A DNA stretch of 64,000 bases, taken from contig NC_043000.1 in assembly GCF_006345805.1 (NCBI RefSeq), positions 63,364,001-63,428,000 on the forward strand, in the 5' to 3' direction. This document shows positions 63,859-64,000 of the stretch, piece after piece; position 1 is the stretch's first letter; the number at the start of each line of letters is the position of its first letter. The notes under the pieces were generated by a model. That model did no database searches and had not been told where the DNA came from. It saw only the letters and a list, made by a program, of their open reading frames with translations. The stretch is from Octopus sinensis (taxonomy: Eukaryota). The position numbers and the translations under genes are program-made.

Positions 63859-64000
63859 ATATGGAATGGGGTATGGCAACTGCTCTCTATTGTCGGAAGT
63901 GGATTAACACATCTGGTTTGCTTCTGCTGTGAAAAAGGGTGGTGAAACGAAAAAGGGCCAGGGGATAAGATTAGGAGTTATATCCCTTCGTTGGGTACGC

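Overview
AT-rich eukaryotic genomic DNA, almost certainly a cephalopod (Octopus-like). This is an inference from the very dense (TA)n/(CA)n/(GATA)n microsatellites and the recurrent octopus-type SINE and RTE tails. There are no long intact host ORFs, and most ORF-track entries are microsatellite artefacts. The window looks like intronic/intergenic DNA of a minus-strand spliced gene: three small exons join in frame at 18.9, 15.5 and 12.0 kb, and there are CpG-rich promoter-like regions at ~40.1 kb and ~62.7 kb. It is packed with decayed transposons: maT (DD37D), two mariners, a Tc1-like element, RTE and CR1/L2-group LINEs, a Ty3/Gypsy provirus, a probable solo LTR, piggyBac-type and other MITEs, and Penelope-like elements (PLEs). 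The most striking signal is a set of type I hammerhead ribozymes (HHRs) from four unrelated sequence families. Six look structurally complete (22.8, 27.6, 27.9, 28.3, 29.0 and 63.8 kb) and three more are broken. Five of the complete copies lie within ~6.3 kb of one giant (TA)n block, several in large palindromic or tandem arrays, and all have a short (near-)palindromic stem III suggestive of dimeric folding. All folds were derived by hand; no searches were run.
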